DNA of 64,000 nt from the human T2T-CHM13v2.0 reference genome, Homo sapiens: assembly GCF_009914755.1 (NCBI RefSeq), contig NC_060935.1; one strand, written 5' to 3'. A program made the translations under genes and the position numbers. Shown here piece after piece: positions 18,405 through 33,334 of the stretch. Positions within the stretch are counted from its first letter, which is position 1; every line of letters starts with the position of its first letter. The notes under the pieces were generated by a model, which saw nothing but the letters and a program-made list of their open reading frames with translations, had not been told where the DNA came from and did no database searches.

Positions 18405-19840
18405 GCTTGGTGCTCAACATGGGGTGAAGAAAGAAGACAGCATCGTGATAGTCCACAGTCAGTGAGCAGCAGTCTGCAAGGTGGCAGTCAGTGATCGTTG
18501 AGTGGCAGTCAGTAATTGGCAAGTGGCAGTCTGCAAGGTGACAGTCAGCAAACAGCAGTCAACGAGGCAGCAGTCGGCGATCAGCCAGTGGCAGCAGGCG
18601 ATTAGTGGGACAGTGATTGGCGGGACAGTGATTGGCAGGACAGTAATTGATGGGATGGCAGTCAGCAGGCTGGCAGTTTGTGGACCAGTAGTTGGCAGAA
18701 TGATGAGCTGAGATGCAGTCAAGTAGAGCTGTAACACCCAACCTCTAACGCTAGCCAAAGGCTCTTTTCAGAGCAATCATTTTTCCTGGCATGCAGTGGA
18801 GCCGATCGGATGGGCAAGTGGCCATAGTGTTACGGTTTGTGTGGGACCTACTGCTCCAGCTGGCAGAAGAGTGAATTACCAGCCCCATGCAGGCTCCTCC
18901 CACTGCGGAAGCTGAGCCCACTGGTGGGGTGGCCATAGTGCCCCTGCCTCTTGTGATAGCTGCTGCTCCGCTGGCAGACTGGTGAGTTAGCAGCCCCCAT
19001 GCAGGCCCCTTTGACCTCAGCAGCTGAGCCCACCCATGCTGAGGGATCTTCCCCTGGGTCCCATGTGGAAGATCAGTTGGTGCCATTTCTGCTCTGGTGG
19101 ATGGGAGTGTTCCTTCTGCCTCCACCCCTGTGGTATCCGGAGAACTAGGGAATAAAATAAAAGCCTTTGCCTAGGTGATAGTTAGAAATCTCTCATTGTT
19201 TGAGTGCCCCAAAGCATGTCCTTGTCACCTCTTCCCCTAGTCCTCTATCTTCTCACTCCATTTTATTGTTACATCAGTCATTTCATTTTTAGTCCTCAAA
19301 TAAGTGCAGTCTTATGTTTGCTTTTAACTTTCTGTTAATTTTATGTGGGCAATTGTTTAAGGTAGGATTCTTGCTTGTGAGAGGTCCCCTACTTGGTCTT
19401 GGTTTCAATGTTACCTGCCCCCTGAGTGCCCCAGACTTTCTAGCATTTGGTGAGAGGATCCTCATTGGCTGAAACTTGAGCACTCTGAGTTTTCAGCATT
19501 GGTATTTTTTCTACTCCTCAGACACTCTGGGATATTTGGTGTTGACATTCCCCCTAGGGTTGTGGGTTCTAGCCCTCCCCTTAGGGGAATATTGATCTTG
19601 CCTTCTTCTGCCCTAAAGTTACAAGTATTATTTTTCTGATAGCCAGTTGCTAGCCCCTTCCTTTGTGTTGTCTTACAACTGCCTTGCTCAAGCCCCTCTT
19701 GGTCAACGGAACTGGGAGTTTCCAGGCCCCTGGACTGATAAACAGTCACCTATAGTGGTAGACAAGTGGCCACCCGAATATTTCAGTGTCTCCACTACTG
19801 GGCAGGTTCTTCAACAAGTCAAAGCCTCTGAGATTTCCCT
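18405..19840 (+). mobile_element. ERV internal leader downstream of the MER66-like LTR (3'-truncated)
   Basis: PBS-like TGGTGCTCAACATGGGGT at 18408-18425, repetitive leader, no 3' LTR visible. Confidence 0.6.
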
Positions 19841-19949
19841 TTATTTATGGAGGAGTCATTATTTTTCCTCCAAAATTTAGAAGCATATGCATTATGTTGC
19901 AAAGAATCCCTTCTTGGGGTAGGGGAGGGGAGAGGTTTAGTTTAGAATC

Positions 19950-21050
19950 TGCCGATGAAAGGCACTTAAATGATATTTAAGAAATATCACTTGTATGATA
20001 TTTGAGGAATAGAAGAGATGTGGAAGTCATTATTCACTATTAGTGGCAGGTAGACTTGTGGACAGAAGGCAGATAGGAAGTTTGCAGCAGCTCCCAGACA
20101 AGCTTCTGAAATTGCCTACTTCCATACCATAGATGGCTGATATCTATGGAAGCTTACTGTGATTTCGACATCCTTTATATTCTAGAAACTCACAGCAGTC
20201 CTCCTGATTTCCCCTCCCTCCAGGTCTTCCAGATGTTTTAAAAGCATCTAAATACATATATAAAATCTCTTCTGACCAAATATCTACAGTAGTTTCTGAT
20301 TTCCTGTCTGAACCCTAACTAATAGAGACTTTGATATCAGTATTGGTTTCAGTAAAGAGATCCTAAAGGAAACTATAATTAGTTGTACTGCCTGGTTACA
20401 TAGGCAATCAGTGATGACTTCAACACTAGTGGGTAACAGAATACTAGTAATCCATGGCATTCAGTGAAAAACAATTACTTAACAATTCTTACCTGTAGTT
20501 GACGCAGAAGCACTTTAAGGTGGAAAAGAGGATGACACTAACTGTAAGCGTGGGCTACCTGCTTCAGACTATGCTGGAGACCTCGTAGAAGAAACAAGAC
20601 AAGCTCATGGGTTTAAAATCTTGGTTCAAAGTACTTTTAGAGAACCAGAGAACTTCTGGTTCCCTTCAGAGTTCCAGGAGTAAGTCTCTTATCTCTTGTA
20701 CTCTGAGGGGTTGACATGTCCCAAACGAACAGATTTAAAATGAGATGCTGAGGATTACATAATTAGAACATACACTGTGTTCACATCCTTGTCAAGTCTC
20801 TTATGTAAAAATTAGGGCATACATTGAAAAAAGAGAAGAATCTGAATGTTGAGATGTTGGCATTTGTGTGGATTCCAACGAAACTTAGAGACTTGAACTT
20901 CCAAAGTCCTCCCTTCTGGTAGAAGTAGTTTATCCTTGCCATCTAAGATTAGCCTCCTGTGTTGCAGACCCTGTAATGTTCTCACTTGAAGCATCTTTGG
21001 ATGCTCTCAGACACACACTGAACATCTCTCATAGCTTCTTGACCTACAAC
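19950..21050 (+). mobile_element. Old ERVL-type LTR end plus internal remnant
   Basis: TCTGAACCCTAACTAATA LTR-end motif followed by ERVL-like internal sequence; highly decayed. Confidence 0.45.
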
Positions 21051-21051
21051 T

Positions 21052-21258
21052 AGGGCAAAAGTTGACACATTTTTTTCCTAAAGGAACACACTGTAAATAT
21101 TTTATGCTTCCAAGCTATATAGTCTCTGTCACAACTACTCAGCACTGTTGTATTGCCAAAGCTGATATAAGCAAAATGTGCACAAATGGGCGTGGCTGTA
21201 TTCTGAGAAAATTTTATTTATAAAAATGGGTTTGCTCATGGGCCATAGTTCATCAACC
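21052..21258. mobile_element. MER58-like hAT MITE
   Basis: GTCTCTGTCACAACTACTCA and AAATGGGCGTGGCTGT motifs. Confidence 0.65.
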
Positions 21259-21958
21259 TGTAACCGGCAAAAGGTTCCAGCTGCACACTGCTTGTAGAAA
21301 GAAGCCAAAATCATAATAAGGTGTGATAAAAAGAGAGCAAGATGTTATTATTTGTGTCAGCAAGAGGAAGAGCAGGTGAAAAAAATTCCACTCCTCAATT
21401 TATGGAGGAACACAGGGGGTTTTTTAAAGGGAGGGTTTGAAATGCAGAAGAGGTTGGGAGGGGCTGTGCCTAGGAGGTGCTAGGCTGTGTGATCTGCTCC
21501 AATGGCTCATCTTGAATTATTTTTCCATCTGGTGAAGGGGCTGGCACCGTCGTGGGTCCTACCAGGTTATAAATGTACTGCAGTCACTCTTGTAGTCAGT
21601 CTCTAGCTGGGAGTGGGTTCTGGACTTGAAGTAATCTTTTGTTGGAGAGAGAATTCTGGAGGTGTCTGGTCCCTATCAGGATCCGACCTCTGAAGCTTTT
21701 AAGGAAACATATGACCAGAGAAGTGAGTATGAGGTGTGCTTAACAAGCATCTGGGTGAATAAATATGCACAGGGCATGGGAACATAGAGTGGGAAAGGGA
21801 GGGGACTGAAGGAAAGAAAACATTCTGAGGTTGTCAAGTTTATCTCAGAGCAGCATCTTGAAACCTAAGGAGGAAGCGGGGGCAGGGAGGAAGAAGGGGA
21901 AAGAAATAAAAGTTTTAGAACATGATTTAGGGCTAAGCTGTTAAGCTGCTTGATTACA
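21259..21958 (-). mobile_element. ERV1-class solo LTR (subfamily uncertain)
   Basis: TGTAAC...TTACA inverted termini with 4-bp TSD AACC on both sides. Confidence 0.75.
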
Positions 21959-24742
21959 AACCCCTTCTGTAAGGGGATGTATTAACCTAAGAAGAGATAC
22001 CTTACATACCAAAGGATTACAATATTTTGCCAATTTACATAAACAGATATCTGGGAATGAATTATAAGAGCACTAAACCAGATAGGAATTTATTGATAAG
22101 GGTAAGCATTCCAGAGAATCTGCTTCCAATGTTTAGTTTGAGCAGCTGGAAGTGGCAACTACTCCTGATGAATTGTCACCTCTCTTTCATCTCATCCCTA
22201 TCACTAGTTGATGGGGGAAGAAAATATTTGGGACTAGTTTACACATTGTTCTGTACAATTATTATTCTGTACAAATATTACTCTGTACAGATTATTCTGC
22301 ACAATAAGCTGCCATCAGCCAGATTTGAGTGGCTATGGCATTATAGCTTTATTCAGGATGATCCTGAATGACAAGGACAAAAGGGGCTAGTATAAACAGT
22401 ACATTTAGCTGTTCATTTGCCCGGAAATAGGGATGGGATGGCACTGTGAATAATAGACATTTTTTCAGTAAATGGTGTTGAGTTGATTAAATAGCAATGA
22501 ACGGATTAATCTTGATCCTTACCTCACACTGTTCACAAAAATCAATTTCAGATAGATTGTAGATATAAACGCAAAAATAAGACAAAGTTTTTAGAAGATG
22601 ATATAGAATGTCTTTGTGACTGGGGCATGCAGTGATTTCTTAAATAGGATCAAAACAGCATCAAATTAATATAAAAGATTAAAATTTTCACTACATTAAA
22701 AGTAAGAATCATATAGTTTTAAATAGCATAAAAATCAAATACCTAAGAATAAGTCTAACAAAAGACATCCACCAAAAGATGCCATCAAGACAAAGAAAAT
22801 TCAAGCTACAACTGGGGAGAATATATGTGCAATACATACAACTGACAAATTATATATGCAGAATATATAAAGAATGCCCCTGGTCCCAGGGGCTACAAAT
22901 ATAAATAAATAAATAAACTCAAATATTGGTGTTAAGCAAAGGGAGGAAATCACTGAGAAGAATTTAAACTGAAAGCCGGCCCTTATAAATACTAGAGACC
23001 AAATTCTTGCCGTCTTCAAAACCTCAGAATGAGAATTTCAATTACAGTGATCTTGGATTAGAAGTATCCTCAGAGGGCTGGCTGAAGCAAATTAAATTTC
23101 CCCATGGAGAAACTCATCCCGGGTCTCAAAGGATTCCAACAAATACAAATCATTCACTCTTGTGCCTCATTTAGAAAATGATTCTCCACTTGAGCTTTCT
23201 AGTACCATTCTTGCATTGCAGAACATGCTGCTCTTTCATATCTGTCAGGCACTGCACAGGCAATTCTCTTCACCTTTTAGTTCTATCGCTAGACCCTGTG
23301 AACTCTCTTTTCTCCCTCCAATCTTATCTTGAGCTGTGAAGCTTTATTGACTTCCTTTGACAGTCAGCATCCTCTCTGTGCTCCTGTCCTATTTTAGCAC
23401 ATAAATTGCATTTGTAACCCAAATTTCCCTGGGCCCCACCAGTCTGTGGTTATGAATGACAACACATCAATATTAATAGCCCAGATGTCACAGATTAATT
23501 GTCCCTTTTCCCCTGAGTCCCACACAACATCTCCCTTGGATAATTCTGGAGACGTGTGGGTGTGCCCTGATTGTGCTAGCGAAAAATGCTCTGTTCGGCT
23601 GTTGCTAAGAGAACCACATCACCAGCTTTCTGTAAGAGCATTGTTCCTGGCCCAGACTCCGAATCCCAGGAATCTAAAGTGAAAAAGTGCAAAGATATGC
23701 AAACACCACAGCAAGCATAGTCATTTTTTGTTTGCTTGTTTTAATAGAAGTAAATGGCAGAATATGCAGCTAGAAATGTAAAGCATTGTTGCTCTGCAGA
23801 GCAGCATCAGGAGATAGGAACTGCTTTTCTTTGCTTTCTTTATAAGCATATTATTTGTATTTTTAAAGACATACATCTATATCTTTGATAAAAATAGACC
23901 AAAAACTTTTTAAATGGCTCAGCACGCCTTTCATTCTTCACTGCATTGCAGTCAGACTGTCTTCTGTGAGGAAGTGAGGAGACTGCCTCTTCTCACTCTG
24001 TGTCTCATTCTGTCACCACCTGGCCCCGAAGCCAATTGATTCTACCTCTGTAATCCACAGAGGTCTTTATGAAAACTTCTCCTTCAGCCTCTGCTTGCAA
24101 CTCCGTAACATAGGATCATGGTTCCACATAACGCAATAAGGATGGCCACATATTTCTTGAAAAACATATGCACTTTTTTACACACTGTAGATGATAGTAT
24201 AGATAAGTGCTTAGAGCATGCTCCGACTTCTGCTGTTGGACAAGATGGAATAAAGGGTTGAGATTTACCCTCCTGCCTGAAACAACAGCAACAACTAACA
24301 CAACCAGAATACATTTAAAAATGGCTTTTAAGATACCAGATATCAGGCAATGAAGAATAGCATTGCTTAAGAAATGAGAAACAAATGAGCCCTCAAATTG
24401 CCAGTTTACTGCCCTGAGAGAGTTTCTAGGCTGTAATGCAGGAACAGAGAACTAAGGTGGAACATGATGGAGTTCCTAAAATGAGGAGACAGAGCTGAGA
24501 CTATGGAGATGCCAAGGCAGCTAGGGTTCATTGGACAGAGCACCAGAGAGGAGAGAGCTGTACAGAGAGAGAATTCCAGAGATCTGTAGGTCTCCTTGAG
24601 GATCTATCAGCAGATGCATTTAAGGAAACTACCTAAGGCTGGGGGAAAAAAACTTCTAAGAGAATTAGAGGGAACAGGGCCCAACACTCCTATGGGGCCA
24701 ATCTACTCACCAGCTAGATAGGAAAAAATCATTCTGGCTCTA

Positions 24743-25106
24743 CCTCTTAGTCTTTTCAGCCTGATATGAAAAATGTCATAGGCTGAATAGCTTATAAACA
24801 ACATAATTTTAATCTCTCACAGTTCTGCAAGGCCAGCATGTCCAAGACCAAGGTGCTGGCAGATATGGTGTCTGGTGAGGGAATGCTTTATAATTTATGA
24901 ATGGCCATCTTTTTGCTGTGTTCTCACATGGTAAAAGGGACAAGACAGCTCTCAGGGGCCTTTCATAGGGACACTAATCCCATTAATGAGGACTATGCCC
25001 TCATAATGTAATCAACCCCAAAGGCCCTATCTCCTAATACTATCACGTTGGTGATCAGGTTTCAGTGTATGAATTTTTAGACGACACAAACATTCAGACC
25101 ATAGCA
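24743..25106 (-). mobile_element. MLT1A/MST-type MaLR LTR
   Basis: TCTTAGTC...AAACATTCAGACCATAGCA with typical internal motifs. Confidence 0.75.
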
Positions 25107-25519
25107 ACCTAGCAAACTCTTACAAGCTGTGTGCCCTTCGGTAAGTTATTTACATTCTCTGTGGTTCAGACAGAAGGAAATAAGGATTCGAGCGTCAATA
25201 AATGAAATAGAGACTAGAAAGACAATGGAAGAGATCAACCAAACTAAGAGCTTTAAAAAAGAGACAAATCTTTAGCTAGATTAACCTGGAAAAAAAGAGA
25301 GGATTCAATAAATAAAATTATAAGTGAACAAGAAGACATTACAACTGATATTACAGAAATATAAAGGATCACAAGAATCGACTATGAAGAGTTATACGCC
25401 AACGAATTGAATAACCTAGTAGTAGTGGATACATTCCTAGAAACATACAACCAACCAAGACTGAATCATGATGAAATAGAAAATCTTAACAGACAAGCAA
25501 CAAGTAAGTATATAATAAA

Positions 25520-25825
<306 letters not shown>

Positions 25826-26456
25826 GATATATAAAAAATAACCTCCTAACAAAGAAAAGCCCAGGATAGGTGTCTTCACAGGTGAATTTTGCCAAACATT
25901 TAAAGAACCTAATGCCAATCCTTCTCAAACTCTTCCAAAAAAGATTGTAGAGGAAGGAACACCTCCAAACTCATTTTATGACGCCAGCATTACCCTCTTA
26001 CCAAAGCCAGATAATGACACATCAAGAAAATTACAACCAATAACCCAAAAATCCTTAATAAAATACTAGCAAACCAAATTCAACAGCACATTAAAAAGAT
26101 CACACACCATAATTAAGCAGGATTTATCCCTAGGGTACAAGGATGGTTCAACACACACAAATCAATAAATGTGATACACCACATTAACAGAATGAAGAAT
26201 AAAAATCATATGATAATTTCAATAAATGCAGAAAAATAATTGGACAAAATTCAACACCCTTTCATGATAAAACTCCTCAACAAATTAGGCATAGAAAGAA
26301 TGTAACTTAACATAATAAAAGGCATATATGACAACGCTACAGTTAACATCGTACTCAACAATGAAAAGCTGAAGTTTCCCTCTAAGATCAGGAACAAGAT
26401 AAGTGTGCTTTGTTTCTTTTCAACATTGGAGAAGTCTAGCCAGAGCAATCAGGTGA

Positions 26457-27087
<631 letters not shown>

Positions 27088-28427
27088 TCAGTTGCATTTC
27101 TATACACCAGTAAAGAACTATTTAAAGAAGAAGTTAAGAAAACAATCCCATATATAATAGCATCACAAAGAATAAAATACTGAGGAATAAATCTAACCAA
27201 GAAGGTGAAGAATCTGTACATGGGAAACCATAGGCTATTGATGAAAGAAACTGAAGAAGACACAAATACAAGGAAAGTATCCTGTGTGGTGGATTGGAGG
27301 AATTGATATTGTTAAAATGTTTATATTACCCAGAACAATCTACAGATTTAATGTAATCCCTATTAAAATTCCAATGATTTTTTTTTTTTTACAAAATTAG
27401 AAAAAAAATCCTAAAATTTGTATGGAACCACAAAAGACCCAGAACAGCAAAAGCAATCTTGACAAAGAACAAAGCTGGAAGCATTATACTTTCTGATTTC
27501 AAACTATAGTCATGCATCCATAACAATGGCGATAAGTTCTGAGAAATGTGTCATTAGGTGATTTTGTCATTGTGTAAACATCATAGAATGTTCTTAAACC
27601 TAGATGGTGTATCCTGTCTAGGCTATAAGGTATAACCCATTGCTCCAAGGCTACAAACCTGTACACCATATACACAGTATCGAATACTGGAGGCAACTGT
27701 AACACAATGGTATTTGTGTGTCTAAACATATCTAAACTAGAATACGTAGAGTAAAAATACAGTATAAATGATTAAAAAAAAAAAAAGATACATCTCTACC
27801 ACTGTCTAGGGCACTTACCACGAATGAAGTTTGCAAAACTGGAAGTTGCTCTGAGTGAGTCAGTGAGTGAGCGGTGAGTGAATGTGAAGGCCTAGGATAT
27901 TACTGTACACCACTGTAGTCTTTATAAACACTGTGTACTTAGGCTACACTAAATTTTTAAAAATTTTATTTCTCCAATAATAAATTAACTTTAGCTTATT
28001 GTAACATTTTTACTTCACAAACTTTCAATTTTTTTAACTTTTTTTTTCAAATAGCTCCTGTCAACTTAAAAAAAATTTCCATAAGTTATTGGGGTACAGG
28101 TGGTATTTGGTTACATGAGTAAGTTCTTTAGTGGTGATTTGTGAGATTTTGGTGCATCCATCACCTGAGCAGTATACACTGCCCCATATTCGTAGTCTTT
28201 TACCTCTCGCCCCCTCCCACCCTACCCGTTAAGTCCCCAAAGTCCATTGTGTCATTCTTATGCCTTTGAGTCTTCATAGCTTAGCTAACCCATATCAGTG
28301 AGAACATAGGCTATTTGGTTTTCCATTCCTGAGTTACTTCACTTAAAATAATAGTCTCCAGTCTCATCCAGGTCACTGCAAATGCTGTTAATTCATTCCT
28401 TTTTCTGGCTTAGTAGTATTCCATCGA

Positions 28428-28520
28428 TCATATATATACACACACGTATATATAAACTGTGATATATGTGTGTGTATATATGTATGTGTATATATACATA
28501 TATATATATATATGTATATC
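28428..28520. repeat. (TA)n/(TG)n microsatellite in the L1 3' region
   Basis: Directly visible. Confidence 0.85.
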
Positions 28521-31500
28521 ACAGTTTCTTTATCCATTCATTGATTGATGGGCATTTGGGTTGGTTCCAAGATTTTGCAATTGTGAATTGTGCTGCTATA
28601 AACATGTGTGTGCAGGTATCTTTTTTGAATAATGACTTCTTTTCCTCTGTGTAGATACCCAGTAGTGGGATTGCTGAATCAAATGGTAGTTCTACTTTTA
28701 GTTCTTTAAGGAATCTCCACACTGTTTTCCATAGTGGCTGCATTAGTTTACATTCCCACCAGCACTGTAGAAATGTTCCCTGATCACTGCATCCATGCCA
28801 ACATCTACTATTTTTTGATTTTTTTTATTATGGCCATTCTTGCAGGAGTAAGGTGGTATCCCATTGTGGTTTGGATTTGCATTTCCCTGATCATTAGTGA
28901 TGCTGAGCATTTTTTCATATGTTTGTTGGCCATTTGCATATCTTCTTTTGAGAATTGTCTATTCATGTCCTTAGCCCACTTTTTGATGGGATTGTTTGTT
29001 TTTTTTCTTACTGATTTGTTTGAATTTGTTGTAGAATCTGGATATTAATCCTTTGTCAGATGTATAGATTGTGAAGATTTTCTCCCACTCTGTGGGTTGT
29101 CTGTTTACTCTGCTGACTGCTCCTTTTAACTTGCAAAAGCTCTTCAATTTAATTAGGTCCCAGCTAGTTATCTTTGTTTTTATTGCATTTGCTTTTGGGT
29201 TGTTAGTCATGAAATCCTTGCCTAAGCCAATGTCTAAAAGAGTTTTTCCAATGTTATCTTCTAGAATGCTTATAGTTTCAGGTCTTCAGTTTAAGTCCTT
29301 AATCCATCTTGAGTTGATTTTTGTATAAGGTGAGAGATGAGGATCCAGTTTCATTCTTCTACATATTGCTTGCCAATTATCCCATCAACATTTGTTGAAA
29401 AGGGTGTCCTTTCCCCACTTTATGTTTTTGTTTGCTTTGTCAAAGATCAGTTGGCTGTAACTATTTGGGTTTATTTCTGGCTTCTCTATTCTGTTCCATT
29501 GGTCTATGTGCCTATTTTTATACCAGTACCATGCTGTTTTGGTGACTCTGGCCTTATAACATAGTTTGAAATCAGGTAGTGTGATGCCTCCAGATTTATT
29601 CTTTTTGCTTAGTCTTCCTTTGGCTATGCGGGCTCTTTTTTGGTTCCATTTTAATTTTAGAATTGTTTTTTCTAACTCTGTGAAGAATGATGGTGGTATT
29701 TTGATGGAGATTGCATTGAATTTGTAGATTGCTTTTGGAAGTATGGTCATTTTCTCAATATTGATTCTACCCATCCATGAGCATGGGATGTGTTTTCATT
29801 TGTTTATGTCATCCTGTGATTTCTTTCAGCATTGTTTTGTAGTTTTCCTTGCAGAGGGCTTTCGACTCCTTTGTTAGGTACATTCCTAAGTATTTTATTT
29901 TCTTGCAGCTATTGTAAAAGGGGTTGAGTTATTGATTTGATTCTCTGCTTGGTCGCTGTTGGTGTATAGAAGAGCTACTGATTTATGTATATTAATCCTG
30001 TATCTGGAAACTTCGCTGAATTCTTTTATCAGTTCTAGGAGCTTTCTGGAGGAGTCCTTAGGGTTTTCAAGGTAAATGATCATACCGTCAGTAAACAGGG
30101 ACAGTTTGACTTCCTCTTTATCAATTTGGATGCCCTTTATTTCTTTCTGTTGTCTGATTGCTCTGGCTAGGACTGCCAGTACTATGTTGAGGAGGAGTGG
30201 GCATCCTTGTCTTGTTCCTGTTCTCAGAGGGAATGCTTCAACTTTTCCCCATTCAGTATTATGTTGGCTGTGGGTTTGTCATAGATGGCTTTTATTACAT
30301 TAAGTTATGTCCCTTGTATGCCGATTTTGTTGAGGGTTTTAATCAAAAGCAATGCTGGATTTTGTCAGATGCTTTTTCTGCATCTATTGAGATGATCATG
30401 TAATTTTTGTTTTGAAGTCAGTTTATGTGGTGTATCACATTTATTGACTTGCATATGTTAAACCATCCCTGCATCCCTAGTATGAAACCCACTTGATTGT
30501 AGTGAATTATCTTTTTGATATGTTGTTGGATTCAGTTAGCTAGTATTTTCTTAAGGATTTTAGCATCTATGTTCATCAAGGGTATCAGTCTGTAGTTTTC
30601 TTTTTCAGTTGTGTCCTTTCTTGGTTCTGGTATTAAGGTGATGCTGGCTTCATAAAAGGAATTAGGGGAGGGTTCCTTCTTTCTCTGTCTTTTGGAATAG
30701 GGTCAAAAGGATTGGTACCAATTCTTCTTTTAATGTCTGGTAGAATTCTGCTGTGAACCCATCCAGTTCTGGACTTTTTTTGTTGGTAATTTTTAAAGTA
30801 TAATTTCAATCTCACTGCTTGTTACTGGTCTGTTCAGGGCATCTAATTCTTCCTGATTTAAGCAAGGAGGGTTGTATTTTTCCAAGAATTTATCCATCTC
30901 TTCTGGTTTTCCAGTTTATGTGTGCAAAGGTGTTCATAGTAGCCTTGAATGGTCTTTCGTATTTCAGTTGTGTCAGTTGTAATATCTCCTGTTTTGTTTC
31001 TTGGTGAGGTTATTTGGATTTTCTCTTTTCTTGGTTAATCTTGCTAATGGTCTATCAATTTTATTTATCTTTTCAAAGAACCAGCTTTTTGTTTCATTTA
31101 CCTTTTGTATTTTTTTTTTTGTTTCAATTTCATTTAGTTCTGCTCTGATCTTGGCTATTTCCTTTATTCTGCTGGGTTTGGGTTTGGTTTGTTCTTGTTT
31201 CTCTAGTTCCTTGAAGGGTGACCTTAGATTGTCTGTTTGTGCTCTTTCAGACTTTTTGATGTAGGCATTTAGGGCTATGAACTTTCCTCTTAGCACTGCC
31301 TTAGCTATACCCCAGAGGTTTTGATAGGTTGTGTCATTATTGTCAATCACTTTGAAGAATTTTTAAATTTCCGTCCTGATTTTGTTTTTGACCCAATGCT
31401 CATTTGGGAGCAGGTTATTTAATTTCCATGTATTTGCATGGTTTTGAAGTTTCCTTTTTGAGTTGACTTCCAGTTTTATTCCACTGTGGTCTCAGAAAGT

Positions 31501-33024
31501 GCTTGATACAATTTCAATTTTCTTAAATTTATTGAGGCTCATTTTATGGTTTATCATATGGTATATCTTGGAGAAAGTTCCATGTGCTGTTGAATATAAT
31601 GTATATTTTGCAGTTGTTGGATGAAATGTTCTGTGTATATCTGTTATGTCCATTTGTTCCAAGGTATAGTTTAAATCCATTGTTTCTTTGTTGACTTTCT
31701 GTCTTGATGACTTGTCTAATGCTGTCAGTGGAGTACTGAAGTCCCCTACTATTACTGTGTTGCCGTCTGTCTCATTTCTTAGGTCTATTAGTAACTGTTT
31801 TACAAATTTGGGAGCTCCAGGGTTAGGTGTATATATGTTTAGGATTGTGATATTTTCCTGTTGGACAAGGCCTTTTACCATTAGATAACCTCCTTCCTCC
31901 TTCTTTGTCTCTTTTAACCACTATTGCTTTAAAGTTTGTTTTGTCTGGTGTAAGAATAGCTACCTCTGCTCACTTTTGGTGTCCATTTGCATGAAATGCC
32001 TTTTTCCACCCCTTTACTTTAAGTTTACCTGAGTCCTTCTGTGTTAGGTGAGTCTCCTGAAGGCAGCAGATGGTTGGTGAGTTCTAATCTATTCTGTGTT
32101 TCTGTAACTTTTAAGTGAAGCATTTAGGCCATTTACATTCAATGTTAGTGTTGAGATGTGAGGTACCATTGCATTCATCATGGTCTCTGTTGCCTGTGTA
32201 CTTTGTTTTGTTTTTTTGTTTTTTGTTTTTGCTTTTTAACTTGTATTTTTGTTGTATAGGTCCTGTGTGATTTATGCTTTAAAGAAGTTCTGTTTTGATG
32301 TATTTCCAGGATTTGTTTCAAGATTTAGAGCTCCTTTTAGTAGTTCTTGTAGTGGTGAGATCTCAGCATTTGTTTGTCTGAAAACGACAGTGTCTCTCTT
32401 TCATATATGATGCTTAGTTTCATTGGATACAAAATTCTTGGCTAATAATTGTTTTGATTGAGGAGGCTGAAGATAGGGCCCCAATCCCTTCTAGCTCGTA
32501 GGGTTTCTGCTGATAAATCTGCATTAATCTGATAGGTTTTCCTTTATAGGTCACCTGGTGCTTCTGTCTCACAGCTCTTAAGATTCTTTCCTTCATTTTA
32601 ACTTTGGATAACCTGATGACAATGTGCTTAGGTGAAGATCTTTTTGTGATGAATTTCCCAGCTGTTCTTTGTGTTTCTTGTATTTGCATGTCTAGGTCTC
32701 TAGCAAGGTGGGGGAAGTTTTCCTCGATTATTCCTCCAAATACATTTTCCAAGCTTTTAGAACTGTCTTCTTCCTCAGTAACACCAACTACCCTTAGATT
32801 GGTCATTTAACATAATCCCAGACTTCTTGGAGGCTTTGTTCTTTTTTTCTTATTCTTTTTTCTTTGTCTTTGTTGGATTGGGTTAAGTCAAAGACCTTGT
32901 CTTTGAGCCCTGAATTTCTTTCTTCTACTTGCTCGATTCTATTGCTGAGACTTTCCAGAGCATTCGCATTTCTAAAAGTGTGTCCAAAGTTTCCTAAATT
33001 TTTTATTATTTTTCTTCTTTCTGT

Positions 33025-33334
33025 TTTTTGTTTTTGTTTTTGTTTTTTTGTTTTGTTTTGTTTTTGATGGAGTCTCTCTTTGTTGCCCAGGCTGGGGTGC
33101 AATGGTGCAATCTCACCTCATTGCAAACTCTACCTCCCGGGTTCAAGCAATTCTCTTGCCTCGGCCTTCTGAGTAGCTGGGACTACATGTATTCATCACC
33201 ATGCCTGGCTAATTTTTGTATTTTTAGTAGAGATGGGGTTTCACCAAGTTGGCCAGGCTGGTTTTGAACTCCTGTCCTCAGATGATCTGCCCTCCTCAAT
33301 CTCCCAAACTGCTGAGATTACAGGCATAAGCCAC
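33025..33334 (-). mobile_element. Alu inserted in L1 ORF1
   Basis: Antisense Alu with (TTTTG)n tail. Confidence 0.9.

Noticed and set aside
18440-18720. CRISPR-like or coding repeat array
   Set aside because: Eukaryotic context, no constant repeat with unique spacers; it is an ERV leader low-complexity region.
23000-24200. Mostly non-repetitive intergenic stretch as enhancer or exon
   Set aside because: No ORF, CpG enrichment or motif cluster that I can support from sequence alone.
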